Shown: positions 52,101-64,000 of the stretch, one piece after another
Layout: the number at the start of each line of letters is the position of its first letter
Numbering within the stretch: position 1 is the first letter of the stretch
Origin: Tubulanus polymorphus
Lineage: Eukaryota; Animalia; Nemertea
Assembly: GCF_964204645.1 (NCBI RefSeq)
Contig: NC_134031.1
Coordinates: forward strand, 11,534,088 to 11,598,087
Reading direction: 5' to 3'
DNA length: 64,000 bases
Position numbers and translations under genes: made by a program
The notes under the pieces: generated by a model
Told to the model about the DNA's origin: nothing
Databases searched by the model: none
Seen by the model: the letters and a program-made list of their open reading frames with translations, nothing else

Positions 52101-53262
52101 TTCATCAAACAAAAGGACATAAGGTTCTTCGCCTATCTTAGACCTCAACTGTGTTTTGATGTACGGATACAAGCCATAATAAGCAATATATGAACACTTC
52201 CTCTCACTCATTGAAAATGCCTGTGCAATTGGTGAGACAAAAAACATACTTTTGAACAGTTCTTTAATGTTTTCGAGGACTTAAATAAGTAATGGGATCT
52301 ACATGTCTTTAGAACCCGCAAGACATCTGCCTTTGTTACGCTGGTTGGACTCGCTATGATTGCTGAGGCTGCAGTGGGTTGCACGACTTTACTCTGTAGC
52401 TCATCCGTGGAAACTGTCTATTTACTTGTGCTGAATATGAATGAGATTTTTGTTATTTATTTCAGTCAGGTTTACAATAAACATAATTCAATTGAAAACT
52501 ATTTATATCGTTTTTATTTTTTGTATTCTTCCTCTGCTGGTTGTTTCCTTAGGCAATAAAATCTGTGAGTCGTTTCGTTTGGGAAATCACAGCTCCATCG
52601 TTTGCATGTTGTAATGACTTTGCATGACTTGACACAGCGCTTTGTCCACCCCATGAAACGCTGAATAGCTTCATGCAAATTTTACAGTATGCTTTGCTAC
52701 TGTCCGAAGCACACCTCTGAATCCAATCTTTATATTCATCATGGACTAGCCACGCTTCTTTGAAGTGGCTCTTCCCCATAAGGCCTATGGAATTGGCAAC
52801 GATGTCAATACTAAATTGCACTAATGGACAAAGCTCCACAACAGACACAAAAATCAAATGACAAACAATTTCATGAAAAAAATCAATTCAATTAATCTTT
52901 ATTGCGCAAAAAACTTCAATAAAGATTAAGTTGAATTGGATTGAGAAAATTGAGAACGCAGACGAAATGGCTACAGAAGATCGTCAATATCAGCGATTTT
53001 ACAGAATTATTGTGTAAAATGTCCAAAAATTGATGGAATATGAAATTTCAGGCTTTTTCTGGATTTACTTCAGATACACTTCAAATTTCAGAATTTTCCT
53101 GGCCAGAAATTACAAAATATAAATTTCAGGCTTTTTCAGGCTTTTCCAGATCGCTACGAACCCACTTTACTTCCCCGTCTTCCTGGTACCAAATTTTTAG
53201 TCTTAAGCTAAGCGATATTCTAAGGTATGCTTAAGGTATGGTGGATTTCATTAGAATATGAA

Positions 53263-56040
53263 AAAATATTTAAAATCTAAAATTATATATTATTTTATTA
53301 TTAGTGGTTCACTTACAATAAGTTCTGTAATAACATTTCTAGCAATATTCAGTCCATTAACACATTAAGCCATGGCAATTGGTGTTTTAGGATTAAGTTC
53401 AAGTGTTTTAACCGGAATAAGTTCAAAATTAAATATAAAAAGTAATAAAGAAAAAATTAAATCTAATATAAAAGAAATTGTTAAATTATAAAATACATTA
53501 GATTATATAATAAGTTTAAATGGTAACATAACAATTGAAGAACAAGATAAATTATTAAAAGAATTAATAAATTAATAATTTTTTATTATATAAATGGTAG
53601 ATAGTTTTCCAAAAGCTTTTCAATATAATAAATTAATTAAATATAATATTCCTGCAATAGATTTTAATAAAGATATATCATATAGAAATGAAGTTTTAAA
53701 TTCATTAATTAATTTAGATATCTATGTTACTGAAACTAATAATTTTAATGCAAAGATGGAAAATATATTTCATGTATATTTAATTAAGTTTAGAAAATTG
53801 AAAGACGAAAAACAATGGTTAGTAAAGTCTAATATGATATATTGGCAGAACCAATTAAATTTTGCAGTTATTGTGCAACAACAGGATGTGGAATTAGTTG
53901 GATTGATCATTTGAATAATTCAAAATATAAATTAATTCAAAGTTTATTTAGATTCCATACTTATTTTCAAATAAGATTAATATTAAATGAATTAGAGACA
54001 GACCCATTTGCCAGGATCTAAATATTTTAAAGAATTAGATAATTATATTAATTTATCAAAGTTTTATAAAATTCGTAATGAATTTAATATAGATATAAAT
54101 AATTCTGATTTTTGAACAAAAATTGGAACAATACGATGACTTCCTTGCCCTAAAAAGATTGCAGAATATTGTGCACTTCCCATACCATCTAATAGTTTTT
54201 ATAATATCTATAATAATAAATTAGGTTATTGTAAAATAGAAACTAAGGATTTAGAAACATAAAATTTCAATAAATTACCGAAATTCTATGATAATTTAAA
54301 ACATGAAAACAATAATGGTTGGGTTTATTTTATTTTAGAAAATAGTGAAGGTTTTACTAAATCAGGTGTACAAAGAATAAATCAATCAATTAGAACTTAT
54401 TTCATATGTATTCTAGGTGCACAAGTTGAAACGAGATCCCCGATAATTGGAAATTTAAATACATCATTTGATACACAAAAACAATTTAAAGTATTATTTG
54501 AAGATTCTATTCATAATGATGAAAATAGATCGATTCCAGAAAATATAGTCAGGTACCAAAATTATCTAGATAAATCTCATGTAAGACTAAATTATTGTAT
54601 TGGACCTAATTTATTAATTATTTCTGATGATTTAATATTAAAAATGGGAAATATAATTGGTTATAATAATCTAATTAAAACTGCAACAATAAATAATAAG
54701 TTTGGATTAAATGATATAAATAAAAAGATTATTACTGCTCCAAAACTAATGGAAGGTGAAAAAATTAGAAAACATTCAATCAACTGAAACTAAAACTAAA
54801 AATATTAAATTGGATAATGATTCTAAATTAAAAGATTACAATACTACAGAAAATATAAAAACTGATATTATCCAACATGATATAATCAAAACTAATAATG
54901 ATAATAAATCACATGAAAATACTAAATTAGCTATAACTTGTATAGGAATTGTAATTGGAGGAATATCATATTTTAAATTTTAATTTTTTATTATATAAAT
55001 GGATGAAGATATTCCATTGGATGACATGGATCTTTAGATGAACCAGGTATAAGTGATGAACCACAACCTGAATTTAATGAAACTGATATTGATAATGATG
55101 ATGGATCAGCATATAATACTAATTTAGGTGCAGATGATTCTAGTGGGCCCGTATTATATGATTGTGATGACTTTACGGATGATACTGAAACAAATGAAAA
55201 ATTAATAGATTATTTAGAATCCCTCGATGAGATAATAATTAAAACTAGACCAGAAAGAAAAGAGTTAATTAATAGATTAGAAAGAACAAAACACCCTGAA
55301 TTGAAAAACCAATTAATAATCATAAAACATAGTGTAACAAATACAGTTATTGAAGAATTATTACCAAAAAATGTAACAGATAACATTGAACCAGAAGATA
55401 TTTCAGAACAAATTAGAAAAGATGACATACATTTCATGAATAATTTAGAATTTAAAAATGATTCATGGTATTATAATGTTGAATTAAATAACAAAACTGT
55501 ATCAATTCAATTATCTAAAATGGGACAAGAAGATCTATACCATCCTGAAATGCGAGCAGGATCTTCAATTGAACGTTCAAAAGGTGGTACAGAATTTCTC
55601 AGAATTATATGGAATGCACTCGATAGAATAAATGAAGAAGAACCAAATGTTGGTATTGATATTAACAAATATTCACCATTTAAAAATCCAAATTTAAATC
55701 CTACTTATGTTGATCCAGAAATGGAAGAGTATGGAGATCGATTAGATAAATTAAGATCTTCAACACCAGAAACATCGAGAAGAGATATTCAACAAATTGA
55801 TAATGATTCAAGTCAATTACAATTAGTAAACATTTTGATAGCTGTTAGATACAGTTCATTCATTTGAAGAAGAGATGAATAGTGTTTTAGATACACCTGG
55901 TACTGAAAGTGGAACAAACCAAATACAACATTTATTAGAAAAAGGATTACTTGATTTAAATGAAGAACAATTAAAAACACATTATTATTCGAAAATGGAA
56001 TTATTAAATTCATGGAATCAATTGTAAAGCTGAAAAAAGA
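53263..56040 (+). mobile_element. Virus copy C fragment (three membrane-gene homologues, pseudogenised)
   Basis: Inverted homologue of about 13120-11300: 53263-53576, 53594-54983 (MVDSFPKAF...) and 54999 onward; TAAATG starts. Confidence 0.9.
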
Positions 56041-56128
56041 AAAACGGTTATGCTTCGGTCAAAGGAATGATAGAGAAATTGTTACCTAACAGTGCGGGTT
56101 TCCGTAGAACGTGTGATTCAGCTGTTAG

Positions 56129-56234
56129 CACTGACCGAGGCTACAATATTGTAACCTAGGTCGGTTCACTGCACAACTTTTTTTGTAAACACTGACCGAG
56201 GCTACAATATTGTAGCCTAGGTCGGTTCACTGCA
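56129..56234. repeat. Two tandem copies of a palindromic unit (period 61 bp), probably inside a small MITE (about 56030-56285)
   Basis: CACTGACCGAGGCTACAATATTGTARCCTAGGTCGGTTCACTGCA twice. Confidence 0.6.
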
Positions 56235-59200
56235 TGACCTTTGCTTGCGATTACTGGCCCAACCCCAGTCGGTTGTTTTTACAGTATTTGAAGTACTGGC
56301 TAATTGGATGTTACCATAAATAAACAGTATTTTGAAGATGGACAGCGAGAATCTATTTTTTATTTCGTCTTGAGAAGGTCCTACTGTTCAAAATATGAAT
56401 TGAAATATAAAGGATGGAGTTAGTTTCCTTTCCCAATACTGTATTTATGCTTTTAATCACGAAGGATAATTGTGTTATAGCAATTATAGTGATAACCTAC
56501 GACAGTTTCAAATTCACGTATTAGAAAACGACAATTATCTTTAAATTCCAAATTTCATTTGGAAAGCGGCGTTTATCCGCACAATTCCTAATATGTCAGA
56601 ATTCCGAAAACTAGGGATTCATACAGTTAGAATGTTAACTAAATAAGTTTCGTCCGAGCAACGGCGAAACTTCACGGGTTGGTGCGGTCTGTGCGCTGTA
56701 TGAACAGGACTTGGTATCAAATGTAGAATAGCGGCCGTGTTCATGTTCGGATTTGTACCGATACATTGAGTTTAGTTCAATTTTTGGATCATTATAGTTT
56801 AGGAGCTCTGTGTGACGTCACTGAGCGCGCTGATCAAAAATAGTCTGCACACTGAGCATCACATGTTGCTTGGTTTTATAGGACAGTGTGCTAATTGACT
56901 ATACATGAAAATGGGCTTGACCAAAATTTTCTTCCTGACAGAGGAATGTATAATCGCACTGATATAGCTGTCTTGCTAGGTTGAAGGGTGTTTGAACTTC
57001 GCCGAATTCAGTTAAAATTCAATTAAACACAATAATTAATAAAATCTTATTGACGGAAATTGACCGCTATATTTAGGTTATTTTTCAGTACGTTTTAAAA
57101 TTACATTGATTTCATCGTTCGAGAGGTCACTGATGGGCGCAAAAGAATTTAAATTGAGTCCAGTTGGGAGAATATTCCCTTGCTTTAGGGTGATTTAGTA
57201 TTTTATGAATCAAGAAATTATTTACAATGGACTAATTTCCGCTAGCAGCAAAACAACACACTGTTATCTGAACTGTCAATCATTACGTCGTGTCTAAATA
57301 AATATGCGTGATTTCCACGCGAGAATCAAACAAGACGGTTGTTAGTAGACGTACTCAAGTTGGATGGTCAGGAGGAGTCAACGACGGTTTAATTAATTTA
57401 TAAAAATAGATGTAAGCACTTGTAAACTTGTGAACAGAGGAAATATCAACATATATACATAATGGTGTCTAACTTTCTCCTGTCTGGTTTAATGTTAAAT
57501 ATATCCCGAACAAAGATTTTGTTTGAATAAATATTCAAATATCGATCCGGAAGAGCAATGCGGCCAACAACATTTTATTTTGAGTTTAAATAATGACCTG
57601 TTGACTCGGTAAGACAGCTGTTCGATTTACCGCGTGCGCACTACTATGTTTTAAATGGCTATGAAAACGGAGTCGAACCAAGAACAGCAATTAAGCTTGA
57701 TGTCTCGTTTCCCTCACAGTTGACATATCAGAATCAGTTTTCTCAAAATCTGTTTCTTACCGAAGTCCTTGATTCGTGCTTGAATATGTACATAAGATTT
57801 TACAAATGAACACAAAGATATAACAAGAATTGAGGTCTTGGTTATTCGGTGACAAGTCGAATCGTTTGGAACTAAGAAAAATCCTCAGACTTAGAAAAGT
57901 CTGGCTTAAGTTGAATTTCCGAAAAGTACGACTACTAATTGTTTCTGTTATCGGAAATTAAATCAACATCTACATCTAATGTATCTATTGATACGAAACG
58001 GTTTTAGGAACGTAGATTGATTGAAAGTTACGGAGAGGGAGGGGTAGCTAGCTCTATCGCATTAAAACATTATTGCTCAGTTATACAGATGGCATTCATC
58101 CATTTAGCTCAAACAACATACACATTTCTGCGCAGAAAAATATATGCTTAATTATGTATTTTATTGAAACAGACAATAAAATCGCTGTCCGCGTTTTGTC
58201 CCCTTGCTTAAGTCACTTACGTTTGTTGTCCAATACAAATTAATACAGGTCAGCAGAATTTAAGGGCTTTCACCATTGAGTAGTAGCCTGTATCAGTAGT
58301 ATCTGTCATGAGGCCTGATCAGGCACATGTGTTATATTAGAAATACAATATGACTTTTCAATTTTTTAGGCGAAACGTTGCCTTAAATATATTCCCCGCG
58401 TCTTGATTTTCTTGAGGGATTTCTCTTGATTGTTAAAACAATATCAAATCATCCTGTCTCAAAAAGTATGAAATCTAGGCTGAAATATGTAGCCCATTTG
58501 GAATTGGATGAAATGTTCAAAATAAGCCATTCGACCCTGTTATCAAACATATCATTGTTCTTTAAAACACTTGTTAAATATCGGAGGATTTTTAAGCCGA
58601 GCTTCAAACATTTCGATTCCTGAACTAAAATAATTATGTGGCAGGTAATTATCCAAGACTATATGACTATGAATATGTTTTTTTAGGTGACTGTTTAAGG
58701 TGTTCCTTTTATCCGGGAAGGATTTGTTTCAATCTCACTTTTAAGATATCAACTATGAAAAGTAACGGTATCGAGTGATCGCTGGCAGATTTAGCAGTTA
58801 AAATCGTCACATTTTTTTAATGTTTGCGTTGATGAAGGCGATAAGAGGGACACATGGCATCCACTGCTTATAAAACAGTAGATAGATTTCTGGAGATTTT
58901 GTTTGGATGCTCTGATGAACTCTATCAGCTGTTGGTTGGTTAAAGCATAGCAGTGCTAAATTTCTATGGTTATAGTACATTGCAGGTGACCCAAATGATT
59001 CGCCTGCTGCCTGGATACTATAAACCTGGTACCTACGAGCATGGACTCGTTTAGATGGATGTCTGGACGTTATAGTACAGTGTTCATGACTATAGACCCG
59101 GGTGACCCGAATTCCCCACCTGCCTGAAAATCTCGTAGCGGAGGTAACGCGTATATCTTTGCTGCACACCGATCTCCTTGAAAGGTCAAAATGCCATTTT

Positions 59201-59359
59201 TGTGAAGAAGTACACGGGCCTCTCCATACTCTGATACTTTTAACGCAGGATACATAAATATTTAACTAATACTTTCAAACAAGATTTCTTCACAATAAAA
59301 ACTACGTCCAAATATCTGGCTAAAGTACTTCCTGGCTCTGGGTACTTTTTCTGATTCTC

Positions 59360-60790
59360 ACATTCGGCACAATATGGATCTTTTAGACAAACTCAAAAAT
59401 CTCAAACCTGATGGCCAAGAATTTATATCTTTCGACGCTATATCCTTGTTTACAAATATACCATTGGAACCAACTCTCAATTTATTAAGGAGAAAACTCC
59501 CGGACTCCAATCTTGATTCCTGTAGATTGCTTACTTGAACTTTTAGAGCTCTGTACAACCAATCTATACTTCCAATTCAAAGACAAATTCTATGAACAAA
59601 TTTTCGGTTTCGCTATGGGTATACCCATAATCCCCCCATTTTGGCTAATCTTTTCCTTGAACATTTTGAATCCGAAATTCTTCCCAATTACGCTGGCTCT
59701 AAACCTAACATTTAGATGTGTTGATGACATTCTGTGTTTAGTTTCTGATGATTTTGATCTTAACTCTTTTATCGACTTCATCAACTCTCAATATCCATCT
59801 TTGAAATTCACATTTGAATGGGAACAAAATGACCAAATTCCGTTTTTAGATGTTCTCATCCACAATAAATACACTCATTTGTTTTTTTTTTCAGTCTACC
59901 GTAAACCGATCAACGCTGAGGCATCTCCATTTCTTTTCGTTTACTGCTAAATCAATCAAAATTCGTCTCGCTCAAGGCCTCTTTCTCCGTGCACTACGGA
60001 TCTGCGATGAAACCTTCCTTTCGGCTGAATTTGACTATATATCCAACTCTCTTAAAAAATTGGCTTACCCTGATCACATTTTGAAAATCACTATTTCTAA
60101 GGCTAAACGTACTTTCTTTAACTCTAAACCTCCAGAAAATAAAAAACACATTTCAGAATTCATTGTAGTTCCGTATGTACCTGTTTTGGAAAAGTTTCGT
60201 CACTCTCTCCCTTAAATGGATAAACAAATCATTTTCACGTATGAAAACAAAATTAGCAAGACTTTGGTTAAAAAAATATCAATCTAAACCTTTGGACTGC
60301 GGAGTTTACGAAATTCCATGTTTTGGCTGTGATAAAATGTACTTTGGAGAAACTGGTCGTGATTTAAAAACTCGAATTTCGGAACACAAAAAGGATATAA
60401 TAAATCAAAAACCGGCTAGTGGCGTAGCCAATCACGTTTGGAACACTGATCATCGTTTTAATTTTGAAAGCCGAAATTATTTATACTTCCAGCAATTACA
60501 CTAAACGCCACACAGTTGAGTCTGCCCTAATTACTCGTCACTCAGATATTAGTACCAATTTAAATAATGGCTTTTCTCCCAACAATTCCATTACTCCATG
60601 CCTTGCCAAACACTAATTAGTTACTCACTCACCAATTTACTCAATTAACATGTTCTCCTCTTTATATATACCCCTGTTTTTAGTCAATATCTCACACCTG
60701 ACGATGATCTCTAGTGTGAGATTGAAACGTCGTGTTCTTAAATTTTAGAATGTTTCAATAAATAATTCTCGATTTTAGATTTCTTTTAGT
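59360..60790 (+). mobile_element. Penelope-like retroelement (RT plus GIY-YIG), 5' truncated and frameshifted
   Basis: SFDAISLFTNIP, YEQIFGFAMG, FRCVDD, IPFLDV, VYRKP, then GVYEIPC..CDKMYFGETGR...RISEH. Confidence 0.92.
60693..60735 (+). ncRNA. Minimal type I hammerhead ribozyme of the Penelope pLTR
   Basis: ACAC-CTGACGA-T-GATCTC(loop)GAGATT-GAAAC-GTC-GTGT: both core motifs, stems I and II, GUC triplet. Confidence 0.8.
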
Positions 60791-62703
60791 TTTTAAATAG
60801 TGGGTTTTTATCTTACGTCTGATAATATCATCCTTTTTTATGCATGTTGCTTGCTAAAAGTCACGAATTATGTCATCTTATATGAACGCAGCTTAGTAAA
60901 AGTCACAGATTATTCAAGATGAATGTTGGGAAAAACAACACCGAAAATTTGAAATTTTTGAAACGATTTAAGCTTTTCAAAATCAGAATATTGAAGTATT
61001 TTATTAAATTCATTTAGGAGGGACATTTGCCTAGAGGAGATTTTTACCGGGGGGGGGAGGGGTATTTACTGGGGGATTTTTCCCAATATAAACCATTTTA
61101 ATGGCAAAAATAATCAAAAATAATGTTGACCTACACTTGAAAAAGCTGCATTTCTTCCAATTAAATTTTCATTAAATTATTGCCATGAAATAAAGGCAAT
61201 TTCGATTAATCTTAAAACTTCAAAACTTATCACATCATACAAACAGATTTAGCTCGATGGTTATCGGTTAGAGTTTTATCGCTCATATATTTCACATCCT
61301 CAAAGAGCATATTATTCAGAATCTTTAGATTTTAACTGCCCTGAAAACTATATAGCGTTTGCATACAGTTTTGCACTACTGTTTATACGCTGTTTATATT
61401 GTCACGTATCACTGCAAATCTGAAGCACATGTCGCTATTTATAACAGGGAATCTGGCAAGCGAATCCAAACTGAAAAGAAGATGCTTATGGAGAATGGTA
61501 TGATCGCGGGGGGGGGGGCAGACTTGAAATAAATGCCATTGAGTAATTAAGATAAATTTTCGAGAATCTAGCTTTTGGAGAAGGGCCACAGGTGCGTAAG
61601 GCACAAAAGGGTATGGTCTTTGAAGAATGAGATGCGTTTAGGTGCTTTCTGAGCACTTTCTTAGTTAAAATTAGGAATGGTATATGCTCACGATTTCAGG
61701 CATGTTTTATGTAAAAAGGATAATAATTACAATAGATTCAAGGAGGCTAAGAATATCTAATGTATAAAATGAAGGTTAAAATCTATCTAAGCCCACGAAC
61801 TGTTGAAGAATTTCAGAATGTAACGCTATGCAGAAATACGACGATAACGGTTTTACACTGGTATCCTTTAACAGCAGGCGATGAAAAAAATTGTCAGAAA
61901 AGTGGATGAGGGCCTGGCCCCATGTCTATGTATTGTTCTCTGAATCCAAGAACATGTCTATCGCACATTTGAGCCTAAACGTCTACTTTTATTTAGTAGC
62001 CACTTAAGATTTGCGGTGATATGTGACAACATGAACACACTGAGAAACTAGTGGAAAATTCTATTCTCACGCTATAGTTTGGGGTATAGTTGTATTTTGA
62101 GTGACTCAGTTAAGCTCTGAAGATAGTCTAACCACTAAAAATCGAGATTGGAAAAATCGAAATTAGTTTACAAATTGTCATTGGTTATGGAGTTTTACGA
62201 TGAATCGAAATTTCCTTCTTTTTATGGCGATATTAGTTAAATGAAGAATTCGATTTCAACAAATGCAGCTATTTTCAAGCATGTCAGCATTCATATTTTG
62301 ATTTAATTTTTAGATTAGAAGCGTAATCATAAATTCAGGCTAACCTCTCATTATTGAAATGGTGGTTTATTTTCAACGGGGGTCTGGATGTCTTTGCATC
62401 ATAAATTAAGATGTGCATTTTGGAGTCTTCGAACCTCCCATGATTTTATATTAATTTCGCTGAATCGTTGATTTAAAAAAATAAAATATGCTGTATCTAT
62501 AATGGATTTATGTGGATCTATCAATGCATTCTAAAGACATCTTCCGAACTGAGGCCGAATTTGATAGAAATAAGAAATTTCGTATAGTATTCAAGATTTC
62601 ATTTGGATAACGGTAACGGCCTTTGGTGATCTTCACCGTGGGGTCATGAAGGAAGAAATACCGTAATAGAACTCCTAATATGATAACATGTGTTGAGATG
62701 AAA

Positions 62704-62745
62704 CCGCAACGTTTTGACTGTTGACTAACAGCCATCATCAGGTGG
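62704..62745 (-). ncRNA. Degenerate hammerhead ribozyme (orphan Penelope pLTR remnant)
   Basis: CCAC-CTGATGA-T-GGCTGTT(AGTC)AACAGTC-AAAAC-GTT-GCGG; GAAA mutated to AAAA. Confidence 0.5.
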
Positions 62746-64000
62746 AATGTAGACATTCCAGTGATTTGAGCTTTAAGTCAGATGGCAGTCACTGAAAATC
62801 CGAACGTTGTTGTGGTTTAATTTTGATAATTAAATGTCATCGTATAAAATTTTATTGCGGAATTTCTTCATTTATCGGATTAGTGTTCTATTCGACTACT
62901 TCGGGTCATGTAGTCGTTTAGATTATTTACTTGTCGCCACGGAAGGTATATGCAACCGTGTCAGTCGCTACGGGAGAGATTCTCTGTATATCGGCATCTT
63001 AAATCGGCACCTTTGTTAGTCCTAGCCTGCATTCACTTCCAATTTAACGTATTGGTAACGTTATTCTTACTATGAATGCACTTCTGTCGTAGAATATGGT
63101 GCCACTGATATAAAAGTAGTTTTTATTTTACGATAATTTGAGAAAATGAGTTATATTGGAAAAAAACTGATAAAGTACCTTAAAATTCAGCGATTCATTG
63201 GCATTTTATTTCATTGGCATCTTCAAATAGAGTTTTGAGGTGCTAAGTTAAATACTATTATAAGGTTATTATTTTTGGTGGTCAGTGCAGTTTGTTTATT
63301 CGTTCATCAATCACTGTCTAGTTAGCCAGTGTAATTCACCTGTTGACTGATAGCTGCTGCTGGGCTTTTGATAACCTATACAAACAATTTACTCAACAAA
63401 GTGGGAAAGCATGTGAAACTGAAATTTCAGCCTTGCATTCTTTTACTTAGACCAGAAGAGTTATTTTTTATCAAATTGGAATTATAATAACTGATTTCAA
63501 AACTACGTGAACACTCAACTGAATTCATTTCAGTATTTATTCAATCAATAATGATAATTGTTAGGCTCATTCTCACTAGCATACGCTCAGTAAGTAATGG
63601 GTATTAGATTATAATATAATGCACTATTATTTTGATCTTATATTAGAAGTTGTAATATCATTTCAACCAAACTGTATAACTATGAAATGAAATTTCGGTT
63701 AAGGTATATCAATTCTAACAAGCGATAAAAAGGTTCAATATTCATAAACGAACAAGCAGAGAACAGCGTGACAAAGTGAACATCACATGGATTACTTAAA
63801 ATTGATTGTATCGAAATAAACAATAATTGTAGGTTAATTGTAGGTTAATTCTAAGTATTTTAGATACATTTTTTGGGAAAATTTGTTGTAGTCTTTCATC
63901 CAAGTAAAGAGATCTAAAGACATAATCCATTTCATGAACATATGATTTTATTTGTATTTTCGTCTCTCATATATCCTTGAGGACAAATTCATTTCTACAG

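Larger units (their letters stand above)
38198..53163 (-). mobile_element. hAT DNA transposon inflated by nested insertions
   Basis: TIRs CAGGGTTCATAGC / GCTACGAACCC (last TG and TSD deleted). Transposase from 52779: Zn finger CKIC..H..H, LLFDES, SMDGPNVN, CGLHVLHN, HGQASVERGFS; C-terminus resumes at 38821-38469 (KYPL|TPQLL). Confidence 0.88.

Noticed and set aside
58807-59255. Possible host exon(s) on the - strand
   Set aside because: No recognisable motif, overlapping short frames with stops, no clear splice structure

Overview
AT-rich animal (probably invertebrate) nuclear DNA made almost entirely of nested, decaying mobile elements; I can support no intact host gene. The centrepiece is an endogenous Polinton/Maverick-like DNA virus (about 8450-21595), with further fragments at 21596-24160, 46880-49116 and 53263-56040. 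It encodes a truncated integrase, putative major and minor capsid proteins, several membrane proteins, an A32-like packaging ATPase fragment and a protein-primed PolB. Three features link it to nucleocytoplasmic large DNA viruses (NCLDV) and poxviruses: a LAGLIDADG intein in PolB motif C (YFD|S...KN|TDS), a VLTF3-like late transcription factor, and TAAATG (usually behind a T-tract) at 17 gene starts. Together these suggest, by inference, a virophage-like satellite of a large cytoplasmic DNA virus fossilised in an animal genome. Around it lie a 119-bp tandem repeat, a degenerate TTAGGG tract, a divergent DUF3987 NTPase/CxC5-KDZ transposase pair, a BEL/Pao LTR retrotransposon, Zator, hAT, Kolobok (transposase plus KolX), MULE-like and EnSpm-like elements in Russian-doll nesting, and a Penelope element with a hammerhead ribozyme. 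All family assignments are from motif recognition by eye, not database searches.
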